Positions 38,307 to 50,460 of a DNA stretch of 64,000 nt are shown one piece after another. A program made the translations under genes and the position numbers. Within the stretch, counting starts at the first letter, position 1. Each line of letters starts with the position of its first letter. The stretch is taken from positions 24,706,534 through 24,770,533 of the forward strand of contig NC_134029.1 in the NCBI RefSeq assembly GCF_964204645.1, given 5' to 3'. The notes below the pieces were generated by a model. The model ran no database searches. It saw nothing but the letters and a program-made list of their open reading frames with translations, and was not told where the DNA came from. Source of the stretch: Tubulanus polymorphus (lineage: Eukaryota; Animalia; Nemertea).

Positions 38307-41300
38307 AACAGCTAAACGGATCACCCAGACTGACTATAGAGTTTTGTGGGTCTAGTGATAGCATTATTTGTTCGACCGGTAGAGCTGTCAGCGAGGATGT
38401 TCTTTTTATATGTTCGCAGAATGATAGCACGTGACTGCCTGGTCAGTGTGGCGACAAACCTCGCTAGTTTTAGCAGGCTGGGCTGGTGTGCTGGGTTATT
38501 GTTAATCTTAGTTTTACGGTCGGAAAAGGGTCAGGGTTACGATCTTGTTTTTCCTAAGATGTAGCTATTTTATGGGGATATTTTCCTGTTTTGGTATAAC
38601 GAACTGTCCTTGAGTTTTTTTTTGCCACGAGCCTACAGTGAATAGTGACTGTAGGGCTTCAGCTGGCATCATGCAATTAAACCTGTGATTGAATGTGTTT
38701 CATCTGTCAGTTGTAGAATCAATATCGTGAAGGTTTCTCTGTTTTTCAACCCGTGAACAGTCAATTAACAAACAGCAGTGAATTCCAGCCTCTCCCAATC
38801 GTTTCGACGAAAAGTGACTGAGTAAACCTCGATGAAGTCGAAACGTAGCTCAAAGAAACATTTCACACTCTTTTTATTCTTAGTATTGGATTTTACATCA
38901 TCTTTACAACACGGACTCGGAATGTTTTGTCGACAGGTTATTTTTTCGGAGTTAGTTTTTACTGCTGTTGACTGCCAGAGGAAGTTAGAAATACCTTATG
39001 ACTGGTTGTCATGAGAGACAGAAACAACTTCTTCATATCAATTATCAATCGTGTTGAGACGATGACGTCATATCCGGGTCACATTCTACACGGATGATGG
39101 GAGTTTTTTTTTCCCAGTGCGCGAAGTGCATCACGGGAGTGACAGCTCCGGACATATTTTTTCTTATTACCAGCAATTTGTAATAACGGTAGCGAGATGC
39201 GCGGATAAAATGCGCGATGGGACATTTTTAACGTCGAGTGAGAGATCAGCGTCTTTTGGCGAATGGGATTGAGACTCGTGTAACGGGCGGATGATGAACA
39301 CTGAAACACGCAAGCCATATAAAATTGTGGAAAAAATTAATGAAAAGAAACCTGTACGAAAATTCTATGATTACTTTTACAAACAAGGGATGAAATTCTA
39401 TCAAGAAACATCGACATTTTTGACCGAAGACGCGTGGTAGCGACCACCCGAAATATTTCTAATATTTCGAAATAAACTTGTAATCAATTCATTTATCGTG
39501 AGATTTTACTCTTATCGTTTTATCACGGATATTGTGGTCAATATTTCCTCACATAAATCAAATAGATCAAATAGATCTAACATTTATCCTATTTATAATT
39601 AATATTTCGAGTCGATTTTGTGATGTGTATTATACATATATTGAAACAGTATTTGAGAAGTGTTGTTGATCTGGGTCCAGTTTCACAAAAAGGTTTAACT
39701 CTTAAATCGATTTAATTTCTTCATCAATTCAGTTTATCTTCAATCGTAATCAACGTAAACACAAAGTTTAAGTATTTTGAAGGCGAACATAATTTTCTCA
39801 AAGATAATACGAGTTTTCGCTACTAAGTAACTTCTCATTAGGTAAAACTGTCTCTCATTATGCGCTATTAGCTTCATCGGGTTAATGAGTGATGACGTTA
39901 AGAAGGAATATTGATAGTTACTTCACTGAGTGGAAACGTTACATTTCTTTATTAACATCTGTATCTAAACTATATCATGTACTGTGTATCGAGTATGTAT
40001 TGATAAAGGTATTGTTTTAAAAGGTGGCCACGTGCGGTTTATATTGTAAAGCATTGTGTGTTACATTTTTCACACAAAGAATCTAAGTCAAATCCCCACC
40101 TGTCAGTGTTGACACTGGTGTATCCATGTATTGTAAACACGTCACGCGTGACACTATTAGTAATTAACAGATCGACACCTCGCGAGGCAGATTATCAAAA
40201 AGTTCAACTTTGACGTGATTTTGAACAGTTTTTCCTCAATAATTGGAGGTTGAAGATCTTGTGCTTATTGAACCGTTAGCCTCAAGCTGTTTAAACGAGA
40301 ACCGAATTTTCGTTTGAATTCTGAAAATGCCCGTTAGTCATGAACGACGATCGTTAGAATTGAAATAAGAAAAAAAACTTCCCGAGTCTTAAATGAATTA
40401 TTGCTGGTGTCGCATCTCTGATAGTTTCATCAATCAATCAATAGCAAATTCATATTCAAGATTCAACGGCTGTGTTTCAAACGGCCCGCGGGGATATAAA
40501 TGTAATCCGCTACAAAAATACCCGATTTCAAGGTCAGATCGTTGTGAAATATTCGGCTAACATCGTTCTATTTAAACCCATAATTGAGGAGAGATTTGAG
40601 AGATTTATTTCGGAATGAAATATTGATCCAGCGCGACTGATGATAATGTCTCATAGAAAGATGATTGTGAAGTTCCGGATGTAGGTGAGACTGTGCGGGT
40701 TTTAAACTAATCAAATAAAAAATCACTCCTATTTCAAAATCAACAAGAAAATTGAATTGAAAGTTTAATTATTGAAGCCTTGGAAAATAACACATAAATT
40801 GCTTATAAATGGTGTACAATAAGAATTGTATGATACTTATGATCAATAAAGTTATTTTGGATTTGAGTGAATCGATTATTGAATTGAATTGAATTGACCG
40901 GCAACCAGTCTAGCCCCAACACATTGATGACGTAGAGCATATCCGTTAATTAATAGAAGTGAAATAAGAGAGCTTTGAAATAAATCTTATTACAAAAAAG
41001 CGCCCAAAATTCACAATTGTAATTGCTATTTTGAAACGCCAATACTGATGACGTAGTGCACATGAAGCACTGATATACCCTATCCCACCATCTTACACTA
41101 TTCATCTTTAATACACCCTCCGCATATTGTACCCCTCACCCCCTCCCCCCACCCCACCCCTCATTCCATCATCCCCCTCATCCCATGTCGATACTTATCC
41201 ATCGTGTTTGTAATTTCAATTTTCTAAACACTGAAAAATGAATGATCTCTGATGTAATGACATTACTATCAATCTATGTATGAAACGTAGAATCGATGGT

Positions 41301-41751
41301 CCGCGAGCTGCTGTGAGCGGAATCAGCTTCCGGTTCGCGCACGTGACACCGCTGCTGCTGCATCACAATATTCAAACGCACCTTTGATGCACAGATTAGA
41401 TACATCTACCTCATTAACTCAGTCGACTGAATGATGCCAACAGAATCCGACGACAAAGGACCATTTGTCTGGTCGCCATGACCTCAATACATCAGTGACC
41501 TAAACCAATACCGGGGATGATAAACTTAGCTAAAAGAGTTCGGGAGATGAATGAGATATTGGCTCGATTATCGATGATCGAATCCGCGACAATAAAATAT
41601 GCGGCAAATTCTTGTTAAACGGGACCAGTTCCATAGGTGTGAGTTACAGTTAGAACTTAGCGACACTATTGATAAGATAAAAAGCCACTATTTACAAACT
41701 AAAAGAATTCTAAAATCGAGAATTTATTTATTGAAACGATCTAAAATATAA

Positions 41752-41798
41752 GAACACGACGTTACGATCTCACCCTAGAGATCATCGTCAGGTGTGTC
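41752..41798 (-). ncRNA. Minimal type I hammerhead ribozyme motif, probably inactivated (GAAA>GUAA)
   Basis: Minus strand: gacacac CTGACGA t GATCTC tagggt GAGATC GTAA cg TC gtgttc. Core CUGANGA, 6-bp stem II, GUC cleavage triplet and stem I acac/gtgt. Confidence 0.55.
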
Positions 41799-42470
41799 AA
41801 CACTATTATTGTTCAGTTTGCCTCGATTCACATAAAAATGGGATACAAATTAATTTTTGAAACCTCGTAGGCAGATCGTGTACATATTCGCCTAACTACA
41901 GTAGACTCCGCTCAAGTCGGATCTTTTGGGACCGACTTAAAAATGTGTCCGACTTAATTAATATGTCATAGTGTAAATAGTGTCACATTTCATCTAACCG
42001 CTGTTTTTAGCGAGGTTACCGGATCCGACTCGAGCGGAGTATGTACAGACTGTCAGATCAGTTTACTTGAAACGAATCGAAAATCGATTTTCTATTTTTC
42101 ATAAACAACTCAAACTCAAATAACTGCAGAGACTAAAGTGGACTAACAAGTGTTAGTGTTCCGTAGTATCGAGTTACTTTGAACAAGTACATTATTGATT
42201 CTTTAAATAGAGCAAATTAAAAAAAGATTTTTAACTCATTTATTAAAAAGAAAACGTTGGATTAAAATTGGAAATGAGTCGTTTCGTCAAAATAAAGTCA
42301 AGATTGAATATTGTTGGGTTTCATGTTTCAAATAAAACATCAGTTCGGTGTTGTATGAAGTGGTTCTTTAATTTTAAAGGGGATTAATTTTCAACCAAAA
42401 AAAACAAGGCAAGTTAAAAGCATTATAATTAACATCAGGGAAATATACAGAATTACCCGATGACAAATTA

Positions 42471-42540
42471 CATAATCCCAGACTCGAACCCGGGACGGCA
42501 ATATGCCAGTCGGGTATGCTAACCCCTAGACCAACTAGCG
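42471..42540 (-). mobile_element. tRNA-derived SINE head or tRNA pseudogene (tRNA-Pro-like)
   Basis: Minus strand GCTAGTTGGTCTAGGGGTTAGCATACCCGACTGGCATATTGCCGTCCCGGGTTCGAGTCTGGG. The A-box TGGTCTAGGGG and B-box GGTTCGAGTC resemble eukaryotic tRNA-Pro (GGCTCGTTGGTCTAGGGGT...GTCCCGGGTTCAAATCCCGG), but the acceptor and anticodon stems do not pair. Confidence 0.65.
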
Positions 42541-42611
42541 GTTGTGGTTGACCGAGTTTGTAGGTTTGTCTGGTCCGCACCTGTCAGTTGATCAGTCAGG
42601 TAACTGGTGAC

Positions 42612-43247
42612 GAGGAACTGAGTGAGGAAAGGAACTGAGTGAGAAGAGGAACTGAGTGAGAAGAGGAACTAAGTGAGAAGAGGAACTGAGTGAGAAGAGG
42701 AACTGAGTGAGAAGAGGAACTGAGTGAGAAGAGGAACTAAGTGAGAAGAGGAACTGAGTGAGAAGAGGAACTGAGTGAGAAGAGGAACTGAGTGAGAAGA
42801 GGAACTGAGTGAGAAGAGGAACTGAGTGAGAAGAGGAACTGAGTGAGAAGAGGAACTGAGTGAGAAGAGGAACTGAGTGAGAAGAGGAACTGAGTGAGAA
42901 GAGGAACTGAGTGAGAAGAGGAACTGAGTGAGAAGAGGAACTAATTGAGAAGAGGAACTGAGTGAGAAGAGGAACTGAGTGAGAAGAGGAACCGAGTGAG
43001 AAGAGGAACTGAGTGAGAAGAGGAACTGAGTGAGAAGAGGAACTGAGTGAGAAGAGGAACTGAGTGAGAAGAGGAACTAAGTGAGAAGAGGAACTGAGTG
43101 AGAAGAGGAACTGAGTGAGAAGAGGAACTGAGTGAGAAGAGGAACTGAGTGAGAAGAGGAACTGAGTGAGAAGAGGAACTGAGTGAGAAGAGGAACTGAG
43201 TGAGAAGAGGAACTGAGTAAGAAGAGGAACTGAGTGAGAAGAGGAAC
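42612..43247. repeat. 17-bp minisatellite, about 37 copies
   Basis: gaggaactgagtgagaa; highly homogeneous. Confidence 0.97.
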
Positions 43248-45515
43248 AGCCCGATTGAGTCGAGTCTCTTCGAACAGACTTCACCTGAGATTAACAACAT
43301 AAATCACATCAGCACTTCGTCGTCGAAAACGAATTAATTAAAACACGAAACTGCTGCTGCTGTAGGGCGGGCAGGGGCGGAGGGGAGTGGAGGGGAGTGG
43401 AGGGGAGTGGAGGGGAGTGGAGGGAGGAGGTGGATCGTGCTCGATTTTATTACTTGTTGATTTCATGTTACGACTCGGAATCGACGTCTCGGGCTCTGTA
43501 TCAGCGATAGAAACCTCGTCTTAAAGTCGCTCATTAAATTTCAGCTTGTTATAAACTTAATTGCGCGATCGTAAAACTGCGATAAAATCGAATCGATTTC
43601 TATTGAGTAAACAATCAGGAATTCAGTTCACGTTCTGTAGAAATGATCATTTCAACATAGAACTTTACTGTTCAGTATCAGTTGTGCTTTTTTCTAAAAG
43701 TTGAAATAATTTCATCCGTTGAATGTAAAAACAGGCAGTGAACAGAATCAACATTAATCTCAAAACCCGACTTATTGAGTTTCAGATCGATGTTAGTTTC
43801 AAAACTTTGTAATTCTTGTGAACTTCGGGACACGACCGCAAACATCTTTGTTAGATTTCAATTCGATTCCTTAACCCGGAGTGCAAAATACAAAAGGCCT
43901 TTAGTTCCATTAGTTGGTTGCAGTTAGATTTGAGGCCAGGATCAAAATAGTTACAACCGTGGGCCTAGATTACAACTCTGTTAGTGCGGATGAATGTCAA
44001 TATGTGATTCGTCCTGGAACTACTTCGAAATACTTGGGCTCAACCGTTGAATGCGGGACTAGGTCCTGAATCGCTACTAAGGATCGTTTCATATAAGATT
44101 TCGACTCGGGATCTTTGAGTTTGTGTCAATATTTCAGGCTATCGCTCACTCTGTTTATAACCGTTGGCCGGTAAAACAATATCATTGTTTAACCGAACCT
44201 GGCGGCCTCGGCCTCGGTTAATGACGACACACGACTTGCAAACACAATAATTACAAACATTTTAAGCGAAGTATTAATGTATTTTTTCTCAAGGTTAAAT
44301 CGATCTTATCTTCCTTAATCAATGAGTGCAGAATGCGTGGTATTTGATGCAAATACCGGTCGGTACCTTTGGATAATTAGATTAAACCCTCTCTAACAAA
44401 TTCGAAGATTAAAAACCAAAATTTATCTTTCACAAGAGTTAGAATCAAAACCTTAAAGACACGAACGACTTCGGACTGGTTTCGGACTGGTTTCGGACTG
44501 GTTTCGGATGCACGGTCGATCGATTCTATTCCTGTATTCCAGTCATCGGGTGTTTGTCAAACCCGAATATCAGAACATTGTCAAATTTGAATAGAATGAA
44601 TTTTTTTTGCTTAGTCCGAAAAATGTTCGGTTATATTTCTAAATGAAGAAGGTCGTGGCATTAGATATCAACGTCAGATTTAACCGATAGCGATGGAATA
44701 CTGAACTCGTGAAGCCCAGATTGTGGACATGGTTTATCATTTTTCTTCCCGGTTCACTAAGCCTCAGCTGTATATAAATCTAAGAATTCTCAAGAGAGTG
44801 TTAGAAACGTGGCAATTACAACGCTGTTAAATCTCTCTCTGTTTTTTTCTCAACGTGAAAAAACCCGATTGCAGTCATTTTCCCCGAGGTCACATTTCCC
44901 CCCAGTAACGATCTATAACCGCTGTGGCTGCACGCACCATCACGCACCACCACGCACCACCACGCACCACCGCAACATTGTGTGCGGGAGATGAAATGAC
45001 ACCTGGAAAAGTTTGCGCTGCTATCGATTCAATCAGACTGGAACATGAAATAAGGAAAATACAGGAAAATGTGAATTATTCTGCGGTAGAACTGTTTCAG
45101 AACGCAGTATAGAGTCTTAGTTTCAACCTTACCAATATTAACCTTTATTTTCAACTGATTCAAATAGCTACGTTTTTGTCATCATTGCTTCAAGTGTTTT
45201 CTTTGTAAAACTAACTCAACAAACACCGAATTCAGTTCCAATAGCATCACAAATGTCTGATGATTTTATAGGTTACCTTTCACGTGAAATAATTGGTCTA
45301 TCTGATCAACATTTAATACGGGGGCCAATAATGTTTTCACAAAGTCAGGGGGCGCAGTTTGACCTATTAATCAGGTTACAGTTAAACACTGAATCTACGG
45401 TTTGAACATCGAAAATGACCTCATTTTAACGCCATCAATTCAAACTTGGCCAGAAACAGTGGAGCCGGTTTCTCAGTGGATAACTAACGTTACGGTTATA
45501 GTTGATCATGAATTT

Positions 45516-46165
45516 TAGTGTTTGATACTGGACCACGTGTTGCTGTGTGATTCATTCTGATACTAGTGTTTGATACTGGACCACGTGTTGCTGTCTGATT
45601 CATTCTGATACTAGTGTTTGATACTGGACCACGTGTTGCTGTCTGATTCATTCTGATACCAGTGTTTGATACTGGACCACGTGTTGCTGTCTGATTCATT
45701 CTGATACTAGTGTTTGATACTGGACCACGTGTTGCTGTCTGATTCATTCTGATACTAGTGTTTGATACTGGACCACGTGTTGCTGTCTGATTCATTCTGA
45801 TACTAGTGTTTGATACTGGACCACGTGTTGCTGTCTGATTCATTCTGATACTAGTGTTTGATACTGGACCACGTGTTGCTGTCTGATTCATTCTGATACC
45901 AGTGTTTGATACTGGACCACGTGTTGCTGTCTGATTCATTCTGATACTAGTGTTTGATACTGGACCACGTGTTGCTGTCTGATTCATTCTGATACTAGTG
46001 TTTGATACTGGACCACGTGTTGCTGTCTGATTCATTCTGATACTAGTGTTTGATACTGGACCACGTGTTGCTGTCTGATTCATTCTGATACTAGTGTTTG
46101 ATACTGGACCACGTGTTGCTGTCTGATTCATTCTGATACTAGTGTTTGATACTGGACCACGTGTT
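45516..46165. repeat. 48-bp minisatellite, about 13.5 copies, one CACGTG E-box per unit
   Basis: tagtgtttgatactggacCACGTGttgctgtctgattcattctgatac; 14 E-boxes from 45534 to 46158 at exact 48-bp spacing. Confidence 0.97.
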
Positions 46166-48037
46166 AGGAAAAGTAAACTGAGAACGTGGATGGTTAGAAC
46201 TTCAGTCAGCAATAAACAGATTAAACGAACAATCTGCAAATCCTAAATCCGATTAACCCGTTTCATTAGGCTGCGCACGACTTTTCATTAAACCAGATCG
46301 AGCCGACAAACAATGATTTGACTTCCGATACGGGGGGAGGGGGGAGCGGGAGAGAGAGCGGGAGGGAGAGCGGGAGGGGCCAGGGGTGTTTAAACACCGT
46401 TAGCTCATCTCCCGGTATGAGATGTGTTACGTGTCTCAGATGATGATGTCGCGAATCGAAGCAGTTTGAAACTATGAAATCATTAGACACGAAAACAATG
46501 ACGTCATTCGTGTCCTGAATTACTACCGTTGTATATATATATGTACATATATATATATATCGATATCATATGGAATCAGATATTTTGAAAACGCCATCAG
46601 TTTAGAATTTCTAGCGTTAAAACCTGGTTTATATTGCCGACATCGCTTCGACTGAAAACGACGTGCATTTTTAAAACGAGTGACAGGCGTGATATACGTA
46701 ATACATATATAAATTGAACCGCTATAGAACCGTATTTATTCAGGTTTATTGGTCTTCCAGGATGGATTTGTAACAGTATATCGAGTCTTACTTAAATATT
46801 GACAGTTAAATGAATGCGGTTTAAAGAATCCAACCAGGCGTTTACATAAATGACACAATGTACTGAGTGCGCCAACCATTTCTTATCACAAAACTACTTT
46901 TAAATGGAAACCACGCGATTCAAAGGACACTCATTCCGCGTATTAGCAAGTGACGCCTTTCTATTTCTTTTGACGTTACTGCGAAACGGCTTTCAAACGA
47001 ATGAAAAAAATAAGATTTTGTTCTTCACAGACCGAAACTGATATCAATGAAAACGATAGCGAGATCTCAATCTTCAAAGGTTTTAGAATTATGCTCCTTG
47101 CTGGTGTTCATCCAGCCATCCCTCCCTCCTCTCTCGTTTGGACATCGGCACTGATACGTGGGTTCAGTTTCACAGTCAGAGCTTCGATTTAAAACCAGCC
47201 ATCTTAGATCCAACAGCTTAACACCAGTCTAAGTTCATATCGCCCCAGTCGTGCGCAGGTCAAGGCTTAGATTTAAGACTAATCTAACACTACCTTAGTT
47301 CTATAACGAATCTAACAATTTAAGACTAGTCTTAAGATTTGAAGACCAGTTTTTGAATTACAAAAGTCACGAATTTACAACTGGGTCCGGCAAAGAGAAC
47401 ATGAATTCATGTCATGGAGGAGCAGTAAGTGGATATAATGATTAATACACAATTCACGATACAACTCGAGGGTTGATACAACCATCGCTTAGCGAGAAAA
47501 GGGTTAAAATCCGAGGCTCGAATGAAATTTTTGATTAATATATTTTTGCTTTGATCTCTGGCTATGTAAGTATATAAATCCTGACATCGGAGAAACCTCC
47601 TCTCACAAACTCGTCTGATATTACCTGATATTACACTAAAAAGACGTAATGAAATTGCTTATTCCGCCTTATGGCTTCCAGACAGTATAAACACACACAA
47701 GGTTAAGTAAGAAGAACCTGGGTTTATTTTTTATAAACATTAACAATAACTACACACCAGATGGCGCGGCGAACAGTCGGTCAAGCGCGACGAACTGTTT
47801 ATAAAGTTCTATGGCTATGATATATTTCGAGATTCGTATGTTTAATAAAAGAGAATGATCAAATTTCGAAAATCAAATAAATGAATTTGGTAATGATGGT
47901 GGACTGATACTAAACTACTAGCGCTCCTAGCGGATCATCGACTGCCAGAATAGCAATACTCGATTGCCACAGTAGCATTTTCAGTCCCGTTTACTCTCAA
48001 ATGAGATACTATTTCATCCGATCCAATATTTCTAGAC

Positions 48038-48167
<130 letters not shown>

Positions 48168-48384
48168 AGTACTGGCGGTAATAACGGTAAAAGAAACTGT
48201 GCTATTAATGTTTACCATCTTCACCAGTTCTTATCGATAGTAATTGCCTTAATAAAAGATGTCCCGTGATGCCTCAGACTTGTTCGAGAAGAAATTCCTG
48301 CGATGTTTTTTTGGTATTCAATATTCTCTTTCTTGTGAACGCGTTCTCTCTATCGCTATTCATAACACGTGATCGCGAATCAAT

Positions 48385-48547
48385 ACGAGTGACGCGGGCA
48401 CGGACACGAACGACGCGGGCACGGACACGACAGTCGCGGGCACGGACACATAGTGACGCGGGCACACGAGCGACGCGGGCACGGCCACGAGTGACGCAGG
48501 CACGAACACGAGTGACGCGGGCACGGACACGAGTGACGCGGGCACGG
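48385..48547. repeat. 21-bp CpG-rich minisatellite
   Basis: gagtgacgcgggcacggacac x about 8. Confidence 0.88.
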
Positions 48548-48694
48548 TCTATAGCAAACATCAGTCATACCAACATGTTTTCACCTACTTTTAGATCTAT
48601 TTTTAGGGATATCGGACCCAATTTCATATTTCAGAACTCAATTTTATGCGTTAATGGTTTAATTTTACTTCAAAGTTACCAATAGTTCACAATT

Positions 48695-48849
48695 GTTCCA
48701 CAGTAAGTGTGGTGGACTGGCTCTAATAGTTCCACAGTAAGTGTGGTGGACTGGCTCCAATAGTTCCACAGTAAGTGTGGTGGACTGGCTCTAATATTTC
48801 CACAGTAAGTGTGGTGGACTGGCTCTAATAGTTCCACAGTAAGTGTGGT
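48695..48849. repeat. 34-bp minisatellite, about 4.5 copies
   Basis: gttccacagtaagtgtggtggactggctctaata; begins with the MITE TIR core gttccacagt. Confidence 0.9.
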
Positions 48850-48958
48850 TTAATTTGATCCACATGTGATTCAGGCTGGACGCTCAAAATTATTTCAACT
48901 TCAGAATAAAATGAAACCCTCGCTACTGTGGAGGCCAATGACGTTGAGTATAACTTAC

Positions 48959-49449
48959 CTGTCTAAGGCGATAACTACCAGCGAATTGATGGACACGAAC
49001 ATAGAAACTCGTTTAGTAAATTCGGCAATCTTACACATAAACTGTCCTGAATTCCACGATTCAGTCACCAGATAATCGATCATTAAAGGAGCCAGTAATA
49101 ACGCCACCAGTGAATCGGAAGCGACTAGGTTCAGAAATAGCAGATTGGTGCTCGTGTGTAACTTTCTTAGTTTCAGAGTCACTACGATCAGCGCGATGTT
49201 ACCGATACCGCAGAAAATAAAGAAAGATATATAGAATAAAACCATTAACGAAATGACGGCCATTTCACCGGTAGTATGATTAAATTCGAGATCATCTTCG
49301 AAGTCGGAATAGTCGAGAAAGTCGCCGGTCATCGGAGGCCGTGTTGCGTTCATAGCGGTATCACCGGGCCACATCGATTCATTGTTACCTATTGAATTAT
49401 GACGATACATTTTACCAATATCGCGCGAACTGTTATTAAACGCCGACAT
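48959..49449 (-). CDS. Prokineticin-receptor-like GPCR, coding exon 1 (N-terminus to TM3)
   Basis: First ATG at 49449 (MSAFNNSS...), with several N-glycosylation sequons. TM1 CGIGN, LRKLHTSTNLLFLNLVASD, PLMIDYLV..SW..G..MC, VSMFVSINSLVVIALDR. Donor GAC AG|gtaagt at 48959/48958 is phase 2 and matches the acceptor at 17512; joined product 434 aa. Confidence 0.88.
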
Positions 49450-49959
49450 TTCCTTTTTCTGATTTTCAGTCACCGGGAAAACAACCGATACAAACTGTCT
49501 CGAATATAGGTTTTATTGTATTCAAACCCAGAGACTAGGATCTGATGTGCAGTTTGTTGTCTGGTTATAACTAGTTCCCTTCATCTGTCCCGTCGTGGTT
49601 CATTATCGAAAAAAGCTCCATTTCAGTCTAACAACCTTTTCAAATCGATATAAAATATTCCATTACATTGTGAATTTTTGTCCAATCTAAGCTTCATTTA
49701 TAATTCCTCTTAGTACTGTGTAGATTTTAGTTTATAAAGCCACCTCATGAATAAAACAAATGTTGTTATATCCTCCTCGAAGATATTAAATTCCTATTCG
49801 TGTAAAGCTCTTCAAAGTTGCGAATCTCCTAAAAAATTCACTCAATTGTTATTACTTCAAGTATATACGCGAAAAACACGTGTTTTCAATTCCTTCCGTC
49901 GCGTTTATATCAGTTCGTTAATCTTCGACGACATATTTTCATAAATATTAAATAACGAT

Positions 49960-50460
49960 ATATCCGCTGTAGAGATTATTTCTCCGAGTTTATATATAAG
50001 TATATATATATATATATTCACTGACGGTTCGGACTCGCGTTCGCTCGGCGCGTTGAGAGGCGAATGATGATATCACTGAAAATGACGCAATTTTATAAAC
50101 ATCAACATCAGGCAGAGATCAAGCGTTGAACACGTTACGTATCGAGGTTATAGCGCGCTGCGTTACGTCAGTATTACGCGGCGTCAGCGGTGGCGGCGCG
50201 TTACTGTAACTGTTACTCCGAACTGAGAGAACAAGTCACAAGACGATGGTATAATAGTGGAAACGCCGCAGACACCGGTTCGTATTGGCGTGCGCACCCG
50301 GTTCGTGAGTTAATTGTGCAAAACGCTTCTATCTATAACACTTGTAGGTCATCGAACATTAAGTATGTCGTCGATGTAGCCCAGGTGGTCGCGCATTTGT
50401 GACATGCATCTTTTTATCTGTGTCACAAGTTTCAAGGATGATCACGCATGCGCGTTCCAT
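49960..50460 (-). promoter_or_regulatory. Putative promoter of the PROKR-like gene
   Basis: TATA-like TATATAAA on the minus strand near 49990, followed upstream by a CpG-rich patch with bZIP-type sites (tgacgcaa about 50083, ttacgtca about 50163) and an NRF1-like cgcatgcgcg at about 50445. Confidence 0.35.

Noticed and set aside
41030-41062. GAAAC...CTGATGA motif (also inverted at about 25232-25260) as a permuted hammerhead
   Set aside because: Too little sequence between the cores to form stems I and III; only a short dispersed repeat. Other CTGANGA hits (14403, 29976, 31928, 40637, 50894) also lack a stem II plus GAAA.
42471-42540. Functional tRNA gene
   Set aside because: Acceptor and anticodon stems do not base-pair; treated as a SINE head or pseudogene.
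45496-46239. 247-aa ORF with a hydrophobic N-terminus and 16-aa glycosylation-rich repeats (mucin-like nested gene)
   Set aside because: Starts at TTG, not ATG. It is open only because the 48-bp unit lacks stops in that frame, and near-zero synonymous variation points to a simple minisatellite.
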